64,000 nt of DNA, taken from Dimorphilus gyrociliatus. Taxonomy: Eukaryota; Animalia; Annelida. Below are positions 61,690 through 64,000 of this stretch, one piece after another. The stretch is taken from contig CAJFCJ010000007.1 of NCBI GenBank assembly GCA_904063045.1, positions 1,270,510 to 1,334,509 on the forward strand. Direction: 5' to 3'. Below the pieces are notes generated by a model. It was not told the DNA's origin and did no database searches. It saw only the letters and a program-made list of their open reading frames with translations. The first letter of the stretch is position 1. Each line of letters opens with the position of its first letter. The translations under genes were made by a program, and so were the position numbers.

Positions 61690-64000
61690 ATCTTTGAATC
61701 TTTACAAAACATACTGTTTAAAAAATGAAAAAGAATTTTTTTAAAAAAAAAAAAATGATATCCACATAATAAAAAAAAACAAACAAGCCCAAGAGAATGA
61801 ACATGAATCAAAGGTAAAATATATTATTAACAATTTTTTTTAATTCTTCTATTGCTTCTTAGATATTGTCAAAAGTTTTGTAAAAAAAGACTCTTTTTTT
61901 TTTTTTTTTTTTTAAATAAACGATATTACCAGAATAAAGAACACTTAGCTAAATATTTCTATGAAATGTTCTTTTTTTTTAATATTTAATATTTCATTCT
62001 TTTTCCTTGGAGGAGGAAAGAAGAAATTAATTTTAAAAATATATTTTTAATATATGCATAATTACTAAGGGTTTTTAATTTTTGGCGGGGATATTTTGAT
62101 TTTAAAAAATTTGTACTTACAATTGAATTCTTTGTTTATTAATAAGCTTTCTAATAATATAATATTCTATCGCCATTTTATTTCGTGGCTTAGAACCAAC
62201 TAATAATCGCTTAACAGAGTACGTGTAACAACCAAATACGAAAGGATTAATACTAGTCACGTGATATCTTTTTTTTTTTAGTACATACATATTAATATAT
62301 ATACCCATATATTATAAAAATCAAGCTACGAATGCATATAGTCAATGTCTGAGTGAGAGAAAAGTAACGGGTAAGAATATTTGCATGTTTCCAGTGTATG
62401 GAATATTGAATGATTGACGAGAAAAGAGAGGAATATAAGATAAATATTAATATTATCACAATGGTTCTAATTGTACAATTAACAATAAATTTAAAAAAAA
62501 AAAACGACATACAAATTAAAAAAGTTTATATTTTTGTTTACAAAAAACTAGGTCATTCAACTTACTGTAGATTAAAAAAAAATATATCTAAAAAACTTAT
62601 TACATTCTTTCAAATATCTAATTAACTAACTGATTAATTAATTAGTCTATTAGTTAGTTGTGTGTGTGTGTTTTTTTTTCTTTTTAATTATTATCAACAG
62701 TTCGTCTATTTTCTTTCTATTAGTTAAGAAAGTACTGTATATTATTTATTCACTTTGAAAAGAAAATGACTTGTTAAATATCATTAAATTTAATGATGAA
62801 AAGAAATAAAAAGTAGTGAAAAATATTCATCGAAAGTTTACTTAAGTAAAAAACCTCTGTTACATGCGGTAGCATACATAGTATCAGTTTATTAATGTTA
62901 ATTATTGACCTATATCTTGAATTAAATACATTAAATTTAATATTATTATCATAATTGATTTAATATGCATTGATAAAAAAATAATAAAGGAGGAAAGCAA
63001 ATATATACAGAATACAAATATGCTGTTTATACATTGTATACTATAGATAAATGGTAAATATATATATATATATAAATTTATACTGTACATATTATAGAAA
63101 ATAATTATTAATAATTAAGCCTATATTTCCAATAGGAAAGAAGAATTTTGTAAATATATTACAGTTATTTTTTTTATATACAAATATTATAATAAATTAA
63201 ATTTTTTCTTTTTTTTATAATAAGAAAAAAACAGTAAATAGAAATCAATTTGTAACAGCTGTTACTCTCCAAACTAGCTTCCTTGACTAATTATTAATAA
63301 CTTACTTTATCAATTTGTTTCATATGATTTGTTAAAGATACTAGAAATGATACAATTGGTATTTCAGGTTATTGTTTTATTTGTTTTACACTTTTTTTGT
63401 ATCAGAAAATCTTTCTTCTCACTTAAATTATCAAGTTTTAGAGACATTTTTTTATATATTTAAGAATTATTGATGTCATGTGTTATATTTTGTGTTTTCA
63501 TTAAAAATAATCTCTTCCTGTATTCTTAAAAAACATTTGTATTTAATTTTATATTTAGGTCAACAGAATGTTATATATTTTAGTACAGTTGGCCTTAGAA
63601 CAAAGATCGGTTTACTACATCAATTTTAGAGAGGAAAAAAATGGAAAGTTTAAAAAACTATTCCATTAGTTTCTAAACATGATAATAGTTTATTAAATAC
63701 TATTAATAAACATACTATATATCTATATACTGTATATAACAAAAAAGAAACAATCTCTATTCAGGTACGTATTAAAACTTATTGGAAAATATATTCAATT
63801 TTTTAGTTTTTAATTCTATAAATACAGAGAGTACTGCGTATTGTACAGTAGTATACTGTATAGAGTTTTTTATTGTATTGTTATTATATTTTTTATATCT
63901 AGTGTATTGTAAAAATTTATGTCATATCAGTATATACAATATATACAGTTTATAAATATAGTAAATATATATATATATAATATAGGCCGTATTTTGTTTA

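Noticed and set aside
61700-64000. 60-72 aa ORFs at the window end
   Set aside because: Extremely AT-rich, with compositionally biased translations and no family motifs; treated as intergenic.

Overview
This is eukaryotic (animal) DNA: AT-rich, gene-dense, with many ~50-100 nt GT-AG introns, typical of a compact invertebrate genome. The species cannot be established from the sequence. No prokaryotic features, CRISPR arrays, rRNA or tRNA were seen. The left half (1-29 kb) holds conventional spliced genes that I reconstructed by hand: the 3' part of a JAK-type kinase, ZNF593/Bud20 (absent from the ORF track), cortactin with an expanded repeat exon, a TRPA1-like channel, a stum/SPEC3 homolog with two paralogous last exons, an intronless alpha-crystallin-domain gene and a 16-exon EF-hand-like gene. 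A ~5.3-6 kb tandem duplication copied the TRPA1 3' half plus the putative stum 5' exons. The TRPA1 copy has decayed, but a 1.5 kb block is still almost identical between copies. The right half (31.8-61.7 kb) is the main find: an array of 13 highly diverged, essentially single-coding-exon paralogs. Twelve are ~465-620 aa and end in a SOCS-box/BC-box-like motif; one is a truncated, box-less copy. They look like a lineage-specific expansion of Elongin BC-cullin E3 ligase substrate receptors. Exon models and alignments were made by eye and need RNA-seq and HMM confirmation.
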